This document shows, one piece after another, positions 9,204 through 20,270 of a DNA stretch of 64,000 bases. Below the pieces are notes generated by a model that searched no databases, had not been told where the DNA came from, and saw only the letters and a list, made by a program, of their open reading frames with translations. The stretch covers positions 60,258 through 124,257 of the forward strand of contig JACWER010000002.1 of assembly GCA_014653385.1 (NCBI GenBank), in the 5' to 3' direction. The position numbers were made by a program, and so were the translations under genes. The DNA is from Pelagibacterales bacterium SAG-MED50. GTDB lineage: Bacteria; Pseudomonadota; Alphaproteobacteria; Pelagibacterales; Pelagibacteraceae. Each line of letters begins with the position of its first letter. Position 1 is the stretch's first letter.

Positions 9204-10949
9204 ATGCTTAATTCTAGTGAATTAATAAATAAAGTTAAAATCTATAATAAGTTTTTAAATCCTGAAAGATTAGATAAAGCTTTTAATTTTGCTGTTAAAG
9301 CTCATCAAAATCAAAAAAGAGCTTCAGGTGATCCTTACTCTGTGCATCCTATAGAGGTTGCTAATATTTTAACTGAACTAAAACTAGATAGTGCAACAAT
9401 TACCACAGGTTTACTTCATGACACAATAGAAGACACCTTCGCCACTTATGAAACTATTAAAAGCGAATTTGGTGATGAGGTTGCTGAGTTAGTTGATGGT
9501 GTAACAAAAATATCTGTATTTGAAAATACTGCTGGCTTAAATTCAAAAGTAGAAAATTTTAGAAAATTAATTTTAGCTACATCTAAAGATATAAGAGTTT
9601 TGTTGGTAAAAATCGCTGATCGTCTTCACAATATGAGAACGATTAAAGCAATTCCTAAAGAGGAAAAAAGACAGCGTATAGCACAAGAGACCATGGAAAT
9701 TTATGCACCCTTAGCTGACAGAATGGGTATGCACAGAATTAGAGATGAACTTGAAGATTTATCTTTTGAGATTTTAAATAACGAAGCAAGAAAATTAATT
9801 AAAAATAGACTAGATGAAATTAAATTAGATAAAAAAGATCTCTTCGAGTCTCTTTCTTTTGAATTAAGTTCGATTTTAAATGAAAATCATATCGATGCTG
9901 AAATACATGGTCGTGAAAAAACTCCTTTTTCAATTTGGCGTAAAGTTCAAAAAAAAAGAATTTCACTTGAACAAATCACGGACATAATTGGATTTAGAAT
10001 TACACTTTCGTCAGTAGATGAATGTTATAAAACACTTGGTATATTTCATAAAAAATGGAACTGCATTCCAGGTAAGTTTAAGGATTACATATCATCACCT
10101 AAAATTAATGGCTATAAATCTCTACATACATCTGTTATTGGCTCCAATCAAAAACCAATTGAAATTCAAATTAGAACAAATGAAATGCATGAATTTGCTG
10201 AAAGAGGAGTTGCCTCTCATTGGAAATATAAATCTTCAGAAAAATTTAATTCTTTAAGTTGGAAAGAATATGATTGGTTAAAGGATCTTGTTGAAATTAT
10301 CGAAAAAAATGAAAATCCTGAACATTCCTATGAGTACACAAAACTTCAAATGTTCCAGGAAAATGTATTTTGTTTTACACCAAAAGGCTCTGTTATAAAA
10401 TTACCAAAAGACGCAACACCAATTGATTTTGCATACGCGGTACACACAAAGATAGGTAACACTGCAATAGGATGTGAAGTTAATGGAAATAAATCTGAAT
10501 TACAGGAATTATTAAGAAATGGAGATAGGGTAAATATAATTACATCTAAAAATCAATCACCTTCATTGCACTGGATACCAACAACAAAAACAGGAAAAGC
10601 GAGAGCTGCTATTAGAAGATATTGGCACGATAAAGGAGAGCAAAAAGAGGAAAAAATAAAGAAATATAACACTACTTTATGGATTTCATTACCTGATCAG
10701 CCAGGTCAGTTGGGGGATATAAGTTCATTGATTGGTAGTCACAAACTTAATATTTCAAATGTTGAAATGGCAGGTAAAAGTACAAAATATATTAACTTTA
10801 AATTCAAACTAATCATAACGAACCTTAAAAACTTCACAAATTTTATTGCAGAGCTTAAACAAAAAGGTATAAAATTTAAGATAATTAGACACGAAGATAA
10901 AAGAAATGCTTTCACTCAAAAAATCCTTAAATATTTTAAAAAAGACTGA
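9204..10949 (+). CDS. spoT: Bifunctional (p)ppGpp synthetase/hydrolase (RelA/SpoT homolog) with shortened C-terminus
   Basis: LLHDTIEDT, KIADRLHNMRT, YKSLHT, EIQIRT, TGS (DFAYAVHT), C-terminal ACT. Confidence 0.95.
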   Translation: MLNSSELINKVKIYNKFLNPERLDKAFNFAVKAHQNQKRASGDPYSVHPIEVANILTELKLDSATITTGLLHDTIEDTFATYETIKSEFGDEVAELVDGVTKISVFENTAGLNSKVENFRKLILATSKDIRVLLVKIADRLHNMRTIKAIPKEEKRQRIAQETMEIYAPLADRMGMHRIRDELEDLSFEILNNEARKLIKNRLDEIKLDKKDLFESLSFELSSILNENHIDAEIHGREKTPFSIWRKVQKKRISLEQITDIIGFRITLSSVDECYKTLGIFHKKWNCIPGKFKDYISSPKINGYKSLHTSVIGSNQKPIEIQIRTNEMHEFAERGVASHWKYKSSEKFNSLSWKEYDWLKDLVEIIEKNENPEHSYEYTKLQMFQENVFCFTPKGSVIKLPKDATPIDFAYAVHTKIGNTAIGCEVNGNKSELQELLRNGDRVNIITSKNQSPSLHWIPTTKTGKARAAIRRYWHDKGEQKEEKIKKYNTTLWISLPDQPGQLGDISSLIGSHKLNISNVEMAGKSTKYINFKFKLIITNLKNFTNFIAELKQKGIKFKIIRHEDKRNAFTQKILKYFKKD

Positions 10950-11493
10950 TGCTCTTTTAGAAGGACATTTTGTATTATCTTCTGGTCTACACTCATCAAA
11001 ATACATTCAATGTGCAAAACTATTAAGTTTTCCGTTTTTTGCTGATCAAATTTGCAAATCATTAGCTGGTAAAATTAAAAAGAAATACAAAAATATTGAT
11101 TTGATCTTAGCGCCAGCTATGGGTGGTGTAATTATTGGATATGAAATTGGTAAACTCTTAAAAAAAGAAACAATATTTTGTGAACGTGTTAATGGAAAAT
11201 TCAAGTTAAGAAGAGGATTTAATATTAAAAAGGGTGCAAAAGTCTTAATTATCGAAGATGTTATAACAACAGGAAAATCAAGCTTAGAATGTGTCAAATT
11301 AATTAAAAAAGCTAACGCTAAGCTTTTAGGTTTTGCCTCTATAATTGATAGATCTACAAAACAATCACTCAAAATTAAAACAGGTATTATATCACATCTT
11401 AAAATTAACGTTCCAACTTTTAGTGAAAAACAATTGCCACAAAGCCTTAAATCAATTCCTATTACAATACCAGGAAGTAGATTTATTAAGTGA
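10906..11493 (+). CDS. pyrE: Orotate phosphoribosyltransferase
   Basis: GHFVLSSGLHS, LIIEDVITTGKS. Confidence 0.95.
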   Translation: MLSLKKSLNILKKTDALLEGHFVLSSGLHSSKYIQCAKLLSFPFFADQICKSLAGKIKKKYKNIDLILAPAMGGVIIGYEIGKLLKKETIFCERVNGKFKLRRGFNIKKGAKVLIIEDVITTGKSSLECVKLIKKANAKLLGFASIIDRSTKQSLKIKTGIISHLKINVPTFSEKQLPQSLKSIPITIPGSRFIK

Positions 11494-12209
11494 AAAGACT
11501 TGGTGTAAATATAGATCATATTGCAACTGTTAGAAATGCCAGAGGTGAAAATCATCCTGATCCATATCATGCAGCTTTACAAGTGGTTAAAATGGGAGCT
11601 GATTCAGTCACTATTCATCTTAGAGAAGATCGAAGACATATCAATGACTTAGATGCTAAAAAAATTTGTAAATTAAAAAAAGTCTTAGTTAATCTTGAAA
11701 TTTCAATGAATGATAAGATTATTAAAAATGCTCTTAAAATAAAGCCTAATTATATTTGTATTGTACCTGAAAATCGAAAAGAGGTTACTACAGAAGGTGG
11801 ACTGAATTTAGTTAAAAATAAAAAGAAATTAAGTAAAATAATTGAAAGATTTAAAAAAGTAAAAATTCGTACTAGTTTGTTTATTAATCCAACTTTAAAA
11901 GATATTAAATTATCAAAAGAGTTGAATGTTGATTGTGTTGAAATTCATACAGGTAAAATATCAAATTTAGTAAAGTTAAAGAAAAAATTTCATAATGAAT
12001 TAGATAGAATAAAAAAATGTTCTATTTTTGCAAAAAAACTTAATATTGAAGTTCATGCTGGTCATGGGCTTGATTATAAAACAACAAAAATATTAAGCAA
12101 AGTTAAGGAAATTGAAGAATTTAATATTGGTCATTTTATAATTGGAGAGTCAATATTTATTGGTCTATCAAGTGTAATTAAAAAATTTAAAAAGATTATA
12201 AAAAATTAA
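11490..12209 (+). CDS. pdxJ: Pyridoxine 5'-phosphate synthase
   Basis: LGVNIDHIATVRNAR, HLREDRRHI, TTEGGL, HAGHGL. Confidence 0.97.
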   Translation: MKRLGVNIDHIATVRNARGENHPDPYHAALQVVKMGADSVTIHLREDRRHINDLDAKKICKLKKVLVNLEISMNDKIIKNALKIKPNYICIVPENRKEVTTEGGLNLVKNKKKLSKIIERFKKVKIRTSLFINPTLKDIKLSKELNVDCVEIHTGKISNLVKLKKKFHNELDRIKKCSIFAKKLNIEVHAGHGLDYKTTKILSKVKEIEEFNIGHFIIGESIFIGLSSVIKKFKKIIKN

Positions 12210-12212
12210 TTT

Positions 12213-12599
12213 ATGAAAATTCTTGGTATTGGGGTTGATATAATTGAAAATAAAAGGATAAAAAAATCAATCAAAAATAGTAGATTTAAAAAAAGAGTTT
12301 ATAGCTCAAAAGAACTTAAACAATCAACCTTATCCAAAGATAAGATTGGATATTTTTCTAAACGATTTGCAGCTAAAGAGGCTTTTGCTAAAGCTTTAGG
12401 TACTGGTTTTCGAAATAACTTAAACTTTAAAGATATTGAAATAATTAATGATAAACTTGGCAAACCTCATTACTCAAAGACCAAAAAAATAACTAAAATA
12501 GTAAAAAAAGAGTTTAAAGTTAAAAGTTTTAATTGTTTTTTATCAATATCTGATGAAAAGGAATATTCAACTGCATTTACAATAATTCAATCAATATGA
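12213..12599 (+). CDS. acpS: Holo-ACP synthase
   Basis: GIGVDI, RFAAKEAFAKALGTG. Confidence 0.96.
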   Translation: MKILGIGVDIIENKRIKKSIKNSRFKKRVYSSKELKQSTLSKDKIGYFSKRFAAKEAFAKALGTGFRNNLNFKDIEIINDKLGKPHYSKTKKITKIVKKEFKVKSFNCFLSISDEKEYSTAFTIIQSI

Positions 12600-13333
12600 A
12601 ATTAGATAAAGATTTTTTTTTAGATAATATAAAGACGCTTTTTTATGCTTTAATAATTGCTGTTATAATAAGATCTCTTTTTATACAGCCATTTTATATT
12701 CCTTCTTCATCAATGGAACCTACTTTACTTGTGGGCGATAGGTTATTTGTAACAAAGTATTCCTATGGTTATAGCAAACATTCTTTTCCATTTAGTCCAC
12801 CAGTTTTAAATAAAAGAATTTTTTTCAATAATCCAGAGAGAGGTGATGTGATAGTTTTTAAAACACCAGCAGATAATAGAACTGATTATATTAAAAGATT
12901 GATAGGACTACCCGGTGATAGAGTTCAGTTTATTAATGCTAATTTATATTTAAATAATAGCGAGATAATGAAATCAAAAGTTAAAAATAAAACAAAAATA
13001 AACTGTGGAAGTAGACTAATCGATGTCTATAGATTTGAAGAAAAATTAACTAATGGAAAAAAATTTCATACAGTTTACTTAAAAGATTACACTTATCAAA
13101 ACTCAGATGTTTTCACAGTACCTAATGATCATTATTTTTTTTTAGGAGATAATAGAGATTGCTCTAAAGATAGTAGATTTTTGTCAAGTGTTGGTTATGT
13201 TCATAAAGATAATCTTGTTGGAAAAGCTCAATTTATTTTCTTTTCATCTGATAAAAAAATAGGAAATATGTTTGCTTTCTGGAATTGGCACAAATCAATT
13301 AGATTTAATAGAACATTTGATCGAATTAATTAA
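12596..13333 (+). CDS. lepB: Signal peptidase I
   Basis: IPSSSMEPTL, YIKRLIGLPGD, GDNRDCSKDSR. Confidence 0.96.
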   Translation: MKLDKDFFLDNIKTLFYALIIAVIIRSLFIQPFYIPSSSMEPTLLVGDRLFVTKYSYGYSKHSFPFSPPVLNKRIFFNNPERGDVIVFKTPADNRTDYIKRLIGLPGDRVQFINANLYLNNSEIMKSKVKNKTKINCGSRLIDVYRFEEKLTNGKKFHTVYLKDYTYQNSDVFTVPNDHYFFLGDNRDCSKDSRFLSSVGYVHKDNLVGKAQFIFFSSDKKIGNMFAFWNWHKSIRFNRTFDRIN

Positions 13334-13995
13334 TGAAAATTAACTATCAAGATTTACAAAAAAAAATCAATATTAGATTCAAGAATTTAGATTTGTTAAT
13401 ACAGTCGCTTACACATAAAAGTTTTGATACAAAAAAAAATAATGAAAAAATGGAGTTTCTTGGTGATAGAGTTCTAGGTTTAGTGATTGCAAAAAAACTT
13501 TTAGAAATATATCCAGATGAAAAAGAAGGAATTCTTGATAAAAAATTTGCTGCTCTTGTAAATAAAAAAACTTGTTTACAAGTTGCCAAAAAAATTAATC
13601 TAGAAAAATTTATTTTAACTTTTAATCCAAATAATAAGAAGATTAAAATTGAAGATAAAATAATATCAGATAGTTGTGAGGCTTTAATTGGTGCTATACA
13701 TCTTGATAAAGGCTTAACAATAGCTGAAAAAATAATTTTAGATTTATGGAAAAATCAAATAAGAGAGAGTGTTATTACTCAAATTGATGCAAAAACAAAA
13801 TTACAAGAATTAGCTTTAAAAAGTTTCAAAAAACTTCCAACTTATAAACTCATCTCTAATACTGGACCACGTCATAAGCCATCATTTAAAGTTGGTGTAA
13901 AACTTCCAGATACAAAATATTATTTTGGGTTAGGTAAATCAAAAAAAGATGCTGAACAAAATGCTGCTATAGAATGTTTAAAAAGTATAAGGTAA
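13333..13995 (+). CDS. rnc: Ribonuclease III
   Basis: NEKMEFLGDRVL, dsRBD with KTKLQE and KKDAEQNAA. Confidence 0.96.
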   Translation: MKINYQDLQKKINIRFKNLDLLIQSLTHKSFDTKKNNEKMEFLGDRVLGLVIAKKLLEIYPDEKEGILDKKFAALVNKKTCLQVAKKINLEKFILTFNPNNKKIKIEDKIISDSCEALIGAIHLDKGLTIAEKIILDLWKNQIRESVITQIDAKTKLQELALKSFKKLPTYKLISNTGPRHKPSFKVGVKLPDTKYYFGLGKSKKDAEQNAAIECLKSIR

Positions 13996-14002
13996 TTACT
14001 TA

Positions 14003-14683
14003 ATGAATTGGATTGATGAAGGGTTTATAATTAACAAAAATAGATATAGTGAAAATTCATTAATTGTAGAAATATATACAAAAGATCGTGGTAAAATATC
14101 AGGTATAATTTTTGGAGGAACTTCTAAAAAAATTAAGAATTATCTTCAATTAGGAAATAGACTACATATTAATTACAATTCTAAAAGTGAGAATAGAATT
14201 GGTTATTTTAAAGTAGAGATTTTAAATGCGTACACCCCTTTATATTTTGATCATAAGCAAAAATTATCTTGTATTACTTCTGCAATAAATTTGATTAAGA
14301 TTCTAACTGTGGAGTCCCAAGTAAATATTAAAGTTTATAACTTAATAGATGATCTTTTTATAATTTTAAAAGACAAAGAGTGGTTAAAAAAATATATTTT
14401 TTGGGAATTAGATCTCTTAAAAATTCTTGGGTACGATCTTGAATTAGAAAATTTTGTTAAAAAAGACATAGTTGAAAATAAAACTATTTATTATGCAAGC
14501 TCATCAAATGAAAAAAAATATGTTCCTAATTTTTTAATAGAAAAAGAATTAGAGGTTGATGATGTAAAAACTTTGTTAACCGGCCTAAAGTTAGTCGGTG
14601 ATTATCTGGATAAGACAATTTTAAAACCAAATAATTTAAACTATCCTAATAGTCGGTTACTATTTATCAATTCTTTAAAATAA
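14003..14683 (+). CDS. recO: DNA repair protein RecO
   Basis: MNWIDEGFII, LQLGN, WELDLLKILGY; follows rnc. Confidence 0.88.
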   Translation: MNWIDEGFIINKNRYSENSLIVEIYTKDRGKISGIIFGGTSKKIKNYLQLGNRLHINYNSKSENRIGYFKVEILNAYTPLYFDHKQKLSCITSAINLIKILTVESQVNIKVYNLIDDLFIILKDKEWLKKYIFWELDLLKILGYDLELENFVKKDIVENKTIYYASSSNEKKYVPNFLIEKELEVDDVKTLLTGLKLVGDYLDKTILKPNNLNYPNSRLLFINSLK

Positions 14684-15673
14684 TTATTTCAAGATTTTGT
14701 CAATTCTATCTGCATAGTAACTAACAATAGCATTAGCTCCAGCTCTTTTAAAAGCCATTAAGCTTTCAACAACAACATCTTTATTAACAATTTTTTTTTG
14801 TATTGCATTTGAAATTAAACTGTATTCACCTGAAACTTGATAAGCAAAAACTGGTATTTTAAATTTTTCTTTTACTGATTTAATAATATCTAAATAAGGC
14901 ATACCAGGTTTTACCATTACCATATCTGCACCTTCTTTAATATCTAGTGCAACTTCCCTCATAGCCTCATCACTATTTCTAAAATCCATTTGATAAGTTT
15001 TTTTGTCACCTTTTAAAGATCCTTTTGATCCTACTGCATCTCTAAAAGGTCCATAGAAACTTGAAGCATATTTGGCAGCATAGGATAAAATTTGGACATT
15101 TTGATAACCTGATTTATCTAAAGCTTTTCTTATCTTTCCAATTCTTCCATCCATCATATCGGAAGGAGCCAATACATCACATCCCATTTCTGCTTGTAAT
15201 AAAGATTGATTAACTAAAATTTCTATTGTTTCATCATTTACAATCTGATTTGATCTAATTAGTCCATCGTGACCATGTGATGTATAGGGATCTAATGCAA
15301 CATCACACATGATACCTATTTTATTTTTATATCTTTTTTTAATTTCAATGATTGCTTTACATACCAAGTTATTTTCATTGAGTGATTCTGAACCAATTTC
15401 ATTTTTAAGACTATTTTTAGTTTTAGGAAAAAGAGCTACCATTGGTATCCCAATTTTAATGGCTCCATCCACAACTTGAGATATCCTATTTATTGTGTAT
15501 CTATATACTCCTGGCATTGTTGATATTGACTCTTTTTTATTTGAGCCATCTATTAAAAATATAGGTAATATAAAGTCGTTTGGAGATAATGTGTTCTCTT
15601 GAATTAGTCTTCTAGACCAAAATTCCTTTCTGTTTCTTCTCAATCTTAAGTTTGGATATTTACCTGTAATCAT
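14684..15673 (-). CDS. hemB: Porphobilinogen synthase (Asp-type, Zn-independent)
   Basis: DVALDPYTSHGHDG, APSDMMDGR, MVKPG, AYQVSGEY. Confidence 0.97.
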   Translation of the reverse strand: MITGKYPNLRLRRNRKEFWSRRLIQENTLSPNDFILPIFLIDGSNKKESISTMPGVYRYTINRISQVVDGAIKIGIPMVALFPKTKNSLKNEIGSESLNENNLVCKAIIEIKKRYKNKIGIMCDVALDPYTSHGHDGLIRSNQIVNDETIEILVNQSLLQAEMGCDVLAPSDMMDGRIGKIRKALDKSGYQNVQILSYAAKYASSFYGPFRDAVGSKGSLKGDKKTYQMDFRNSDEAMREVALDIKEGADMVMVKPGMPYLDIIKSVKEKFKIPVFAYQVSGEYSLISNAIQKKIVNKDVVVESLMAFKRAGANAIVSYYADRIDKILK

Positions 15674-15746
15674 GTTTAAATTTATTATAATAATGCGACA
15701 AATGTAGTATACAAAAATTTAAAAAAAAGGGTAGAAAACAAATCAA

Positions 15747-16388
15747 ATGAATGCTGATAATAAAAACGTTGTAAGTCTTAATCTTAAAAAAGAAGAAAAG
15801 ATTTTAGATTTTAGTGATTTTCAAAAACAGAATATAAAGTTTGATATTTCTAAATTACAAGAAGCATATAACCAAATAGTTCAGACAAAAAAGTTTGACG
15901 ATGGTGGGGGTATTGCTCATTTTGGAGCAATTTCATTAACACAAATACCCGGGGATCCAGACTCTGTAAAAGGGAACAAAGCAAGAGGTGTATATTGGAC
16001 TAAGCCTGATAAATCTGGAAAAGAAGTTTCAAGAGATGTTGAAATTGATGAATCTGCTTATTCAGAATTTATTAAAGACTACGAAAATACTTATTTTAAA
16101 GAAGTTTATGATATCATCTCTTCTAAATATAAATTAGGCAGAGTAAGAATTTTACTGAAAGAACCTAGATCGACATTGAGTTGGCATAGAGATCCTGAAC
16201 CAAGATTGCATATACCAATAATTAGTAATCCTGGGTGTTTGATGGTTATAGATAATGTTGCAAAGCATATGCCTGCTGATGGTTCTGTTTGGGTAACTAA
16301 TAATACTAAATATCATAACGCATTTAATGGTGGAGAAGAAAATAGAATTCATTTAGTAGCATGTGTACTTGATTACAAATTTAATTAA
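15747..16388 (+). CDS. Aspartyl/asparaginyl beta-hydroxylase-like 2OG-Fe(II) oxygenase
   Basis: HxD (WHRD), RLHIPI, distal His in KYHNAFNGGEENRIHLV. Confidence 0.75.
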   Translation: MNADNKNVVSLNLKKEEKILDFSDFQKQNIKFDISKLQEAYNQIVQTKKFDDGGGIAHFGAISLTQIPGDPDSVKGNKARGVYWTKPDKSGKEVSRDVEIDESAYSEFIKDYENTYFKEVYDIISSKYKLGRVRILLKEPRSTLSWHRDPEPRLHIPIISNPGCLMVIDNVAKHMPADGSVWVTNNTKYHNAFNGGEENRIHLVACVLDYKFN

Positions 16389-16389
16389 T

Positions 16390-16815
16390 TTGAAAAAGAT
16401 ATTTATTTCATCTGACCACGCTGGTTTTAAACTTAAAGAAGCTATAAAATCTTATTTATCTAATAAAAAATTATCATTTACTGATATGGGTCCTTTCAAG
16501 AAAAGTAGAGTAGATTATCCAGACTTTGCTCATAAAGTTGCTAAAAGAGTTAAGCTAAATAAAAATAATGTTGGTATTTTAATTTGTGGCTCAGGTATGG
16601 GAATGAATATTGTGGCAAATAAGCATAAAAATATACGTGCTGCACAATGTTTTAACTTAAAATCTACCAAATTATCAAGATTGCATAACGATGCAAACAT
16701 CATTACATTAGGGTCTAGACTGTTAACAAAAAAGAATGCCCTCAGTTGTGTGGGTGTTTTTTTGAATACTAAATTTGAAGGTGGAAGACATTCAAAAAGA
16801 ATTAAGAAAATTTAA
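16390..16815 (+). CDS. rpiB: Ribose-5-phosphate isomerase B (start set at TTG 16390)
   Basis: SDHAG, ICGSGMG, HNDAN, FEGGRH. Confidence 0.95.
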   Translation: MKKIFISSDHAGFKLKEAIKSYLSNKKLSFTDMGPFKKSRVDYPDFAHKVAKRVKLNKNNVGILICGSGMGMNIVANKHKNIRAAQCFNLKSTKLSRLHNDANIITLGSRLLTKKNALSCVGVFLNTKFEGGRHSKRIKKI

Positions 16816-16817
16816 TT

Positions 16818-18125
16818 ATGTCCAGTGAAAAAAATTATTTAAACGATAGTTATAAAAGTTTTTTTGAGGACAATCTGTCTAAAAAAGACCCTGAACTTTA
16901 TAAAGCAATTCAAGATGAGCTATTAAGACAACAACAGCATATAGAGCTAATAGCTTCTGAAAATATTGTTTCACAAGCCGTTCTAGAGGCTCAAGGTTCA
17001 GTTTTAACTAACAAATATGCAGAAGGTTATCCTGGTAAAAGATATTATAACGGATGTGAACACGTTGATGTTGCTGAAAATTTAGCAATTGAAAGATTAA
17101 AAGAATTATTTAATTGTAAATTTGCTAACGCCCAACCACATTCTGGTGCACAAGCTAATGGTGCTGTATTTTTAGCATTATTAAATCCTGGTGATACTTT
17201 TATGGGTATGAGTTTAAATTCTGGTGGTCATATTACTCATGGTCTTAAAATTTCTATGTCAGGTAAATGGTTTAATCCAATAGGTTACGATGTTGATAAA
17301 GACTCAGAACTTATTGACTACGATAATGTTGAAAAACTTGCTCTAGAACATAAACCAAAATTAATAATTTGTGGCGGTAGTGCTTATTCAAGGGTAATTG
17401 ATTTTAAAAGATTTAGAGAAATAGCTGACAAAGTTGGAGCATATCTAATGGTTGATATGGCACATTTTTCTGGTTTAGTTGCTGGAAAAGGATATCCAAA
17501 CCCATGTGATCACGCTCATGTTGTGACTTCTACAACCCATAAAGTTTTTAGAAGTGCAAGAGGTGGAATTATTTTAACTAATCATGAAGATTTAGCTAAA
17601 AAATTTAATACAGCAGTTTTCCCAGGTTATCAAGGTGGTCCATTAATGCATGTGATTGCAGCTAAAGCTGCTGGTTTCTTAGAAGCACTTCAACCTGAGT
17701 TCAAAGAATATATTAAATCTGTTTTAGCTAATGCAAAAATGCTAGCTGAGACTCTAAAGAATAATGGTTTTAAGATTTATTCAGATGGTACCGATACACA
17801 CTTAATGTTAGTAGATCTAAGACCTTACAAAGTTAAAGGTAATTTAGCAGCAGAAAGTTTATCCAGAGCAAATATAACATGTAATAAAAATGGTATTCCT
17901 TTTGATACTGAAAAACCGATGATAACTTCAGGGATTAGACTTGGAACACAAGCTATAACGACAAGAGGTTTTGGTCTTAATGAATGTCAAAAGGTGGGTG
18001 AACTAATAACTAAAGTAATAAAAGGTCTTTCAGAAAATCCAGATGATAATAGTAAAATTGAAAGCGAAGTCAGAAATGAAGTTATTTCTTTAACTTCATC
18101 ATTTCCTATATATAAGAATTTATAG
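16818..18125 (+). CDS. glyA: Serine hydroxymethyltransferase
   Basis: [21 protein letters not shown]. Confidence 0.98.
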   Translation: MSSEKNYLNDSYKSFFEDNLSKKDPELYKAIQDELLRQQQHIELIASENIVSQAVLEAQGSVLTNKYAEGYPGKRYYNGCEHVDVAENLAIERLKELFNCKFANAQPHSGAQANGAVFLALLNPGDTFMGMSLNSGGHITHGLKISMSGKWFNPIGYDVDKDSELIDYDNVEKLALEHKPKLIICGGSAYSRVIDFKRFREIADKVGAYLMVDMAHFSGLVAGKGYPNPCDHAHVVTSTTHKVFRSARGGIILTNHEDLAKKFNTAVFPGYQGGPLMHVIAAKAAGFLEALQPEFKEYIKSVLANAKMLAETLKNNGFKIYSDGTDTHLMLVDLRPYKVKGNLAAESLSRANITCNKNGIPFDTEKPMITSGIRLGTQAITTRGFGLNECQKVGELITKVIKGLSENPDDNSKIESEVRNEVISLTSSFPIYKNL

Positions 18126-18129
18126 AAAT

Positions 18130-18588
18130 ATGATTTGTCCTTGTGAAAAAAAAGGTGAAACTTCTGTAGTAGACTCTCGACCTACGGAAGATGGTACCGC
18201 AATAAGAAGAAGACGATTGTGTGTTTGTGGTGAAAGATTTACTACTTTTGAAAGAATCCAAATAAGAGAATTAATGGTTATCAAAAAAAATGGCCGAAAA
18301 TCATCCTTCGATAGGGATAAATTAGCTAAATCAATTTATATTGCTTTAAAGAAAAGGCCTATTGATACAGAGACTGGTGAAAAGTTTATAAGTAAAATCT
18401 CAAGAGCACTTGAGGAATTAGGGCAAAATGAAATTTCAACAAATACGATTGGAACAATGGTAATGGAGGGTCTAAAAGGATTAGATCCAGTTGCATATGT
18501 TCGATTTGCATCTGTTTACAGAAACTTTAGAGAAGAAAAAGATTTTGTGCAATTCGTGGACAAACTTGATGTCTACAAAAAAAGATAA
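18130..18588 (+). CDS. nrdR: Transcriptional repressor NrdR
   Basis: VVDSR, IRRRR, RFTTFE, ATP cone, [13 protein letters not shown]. Confidence 0.95.
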   Translation: MICPCEKKGETSVVDSRPTEDGTAIRRRRLCVCGERFTTFERIQIRELMVIKKNGRKSSFDRDKLAKSIYIALKKRPIDTETGEKFISKISRALEELGQNEISTNTIGTMVMEGLKGLDPVAYVRFASVYRNFREEKDFVQFVDKLDVYKKR

Positions 18589-19675
18589 ATTTTCATTAAA
18601 AGATAAATTTTATATGGAGATAGCCCTAAAGCTGGCTAACTCACGTCAAGGACTTACAGGAACAAATCCATCCGTAGGTTGTGTAATAGTTAAAAATGAT
18701 AAAATAGTTTCTATTGGCCAAACATCATACAATGGAAGACCGCATGCAGAATTTAATGCAATAGAAAATTGTATAGATGATTTAAATGGTTCAAAAATGT
18801 ATGTTACTTTAGAGCCATGTTGTCATCATGGTTTGACACCACCATGTACAAATATAATAATTAAATCTAAAATCTCAGAAGTAATATATTCTGTTTCGGA
18901 TATTGACAAAAGAGTAAGAAATAAAAGTTTAAAGATTTTAAAATCAAACAAAATCAAAGTTAAGAAAGGTCTTCTTGATGATAAGATTAATAATTTTTAT
19001 TCAAATTATTTTTTTAATAGGAAAAATCAACTACCTTATGTAACTGGAAAAATTGCTGTTTCAAAAAATAATCTTATTTACAGTAAATTAAATAAAAAGA
19101 TTACAAATAGACACTCTGATAAATTTACACATTTGTTACGATATAAGAATGATGCATTAATGGTTACATACAAAACTTTAAATAATGATAACTCAAAGTT
19201 AAACTGTAGAATTAAAGGTTTTAGTAATTTCTCACCTAAAAGAATTATTTTAGATAACAAACTTCAAACTAAAATTAATACCTACGTAATTAATACTGCA
19301 AACAAAAATAATACTTTAATTTTTTATAACCAAGCTAAAAAATCTAAGATTTTAGAATTTAAGAATAAAAAGATTCAATTAATTAAATCTAAGGTAAATC
19401 AACAAGGTAAGTTTGATATTAAAGCTATATTAAAAAAATTATATACACATAATTGCAGAAATTTACTAATTGAAGGAGGGGATAGTTTAACTAGTCATCT
19501 TTTAAAAAATAAAATTTTTAATAGATTTTATTTATATAAATGCCCTAAAAATATTTCTAAAGAAACAGAGTATTTGAAATTTAATAGTTTAGATGTATTA
19601 AAGAAAAATTATAAAAATAAGTTTAATTTGAACCTATATTTAGGCAAAGATAAAATAACATTGTATAAAAACTAA
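18569..19675 (+). CDS. ribD: Riboflavin biosynthesis deaminase/reductase (start set at ATG 18569)
   Basis: [31 protein letters not shown]. Confidence 0.93.
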   Translation: MSTKKDKFSLKDKFYMEIALKLANSRQGLTGTNPSVGCVIVKNDKIVSIGQTSYNGRPHAEFNAIENCIDDLNGSKMYVTLEPCCHHGLTPPCTNIIIKSKISEVIYSVSDIDKRVRNKSLKILKSNKIKVKKGLLDDKINNFYSNYFFNRKNQLPYVTGKIAVSKNNLIYSKLNKKITNRHSDKFTHLLRYKNDALMVTYKTLNNDNSKLNCRIKGFSNFSPKRIILDNKLQTKINTYVINTANKNNTLIFYNQAKKSKILEFKNKKIQLIKSKVNQQGKFDIKAILKKLYTHNCRNLLIEGGDSLTSHLLKNKIFNRFYLYKCPKNISKETEYLKFNSLDVLKKNYKNKFNLNLYLGKDKITLYKN

Positions 19676-19676
19676 T

Positions 19677-20270
19677 ATGTTTAATGGAATTATATATAAT
19701 CAGGGCATTGTTACAAAGATTATTAAAAGACCAAAAGGGCTAAATATATTTGTAAAGAGCAATCTTAAAGTGTCAAAAAAAGATATGGGTTTGTCAGTAG
19801 CTTGTGATGGCGTATGTCTTACTTTAATTTCATTTAAATCAAAACTAATGGAATTTTATCTTTCTAAAGAAACTTTGGTTAGATCAAAATTTCAATATTT
19901 AAAAACCAAAGATGTCTTAAATCTTGAGCTACCTTTAAAATACGGAACAAAAATTTCAGGACATATATGTCAAGGTCATGTTGATACAATTGCTAAAGCA
20001 ATTAACATAAAGAAAATTGATAAATCTTATCTATTTGAATTTGAAGTTCCAATTAAAGAGCGAAAAAATTTAATAGAAAAAGCCTCAATATGTGTAAATG
20101 GTATTTCTCTTACGATATCAAAAGTTTCAAAAAAAAGTTTTCAAATATGGGTTATCCCTCACACTTATAATGAAACAAATCTATCAACTATTAAAAAAAA
20201 AGATCTTGTTAATATAGAGATAGATATCTTATCGAAATACGTTAGAAATTATTTTAATGCCAAAAAATAA
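19677..20270 (+). CDS. ribE: Riboflavin synthase (alpha chain)
   Basis: MFNGII, DGVCLT, GHICQGHVD, NGISLT, VNIEID. Confidence 0.95.
   Translation: MFNGIIYNQGIVTKIIKRPKGLNIFVKSNLKVSKKDMGLSVACDGVCLTLISFKSKLMEFYLSKETLVRSKFQYLKTKDVLNLELPLKYGTKISGHICQGHVDTIAKAINIKKIDKSYLFEFEVPIKERKNLIEKASICVNGISLTISKVSKKSFQIWVIPHTYNETNLSTIKKKDLVNIEIDILSKYVRNYFNAKK

Noticed and set aside
8612-18568. Longest-ORF starts for folK (8612), rpiB (16363) and ribD (18491)
   Set aside because: The extensions lie inside upstream genes and add no family motif; later starts preferred
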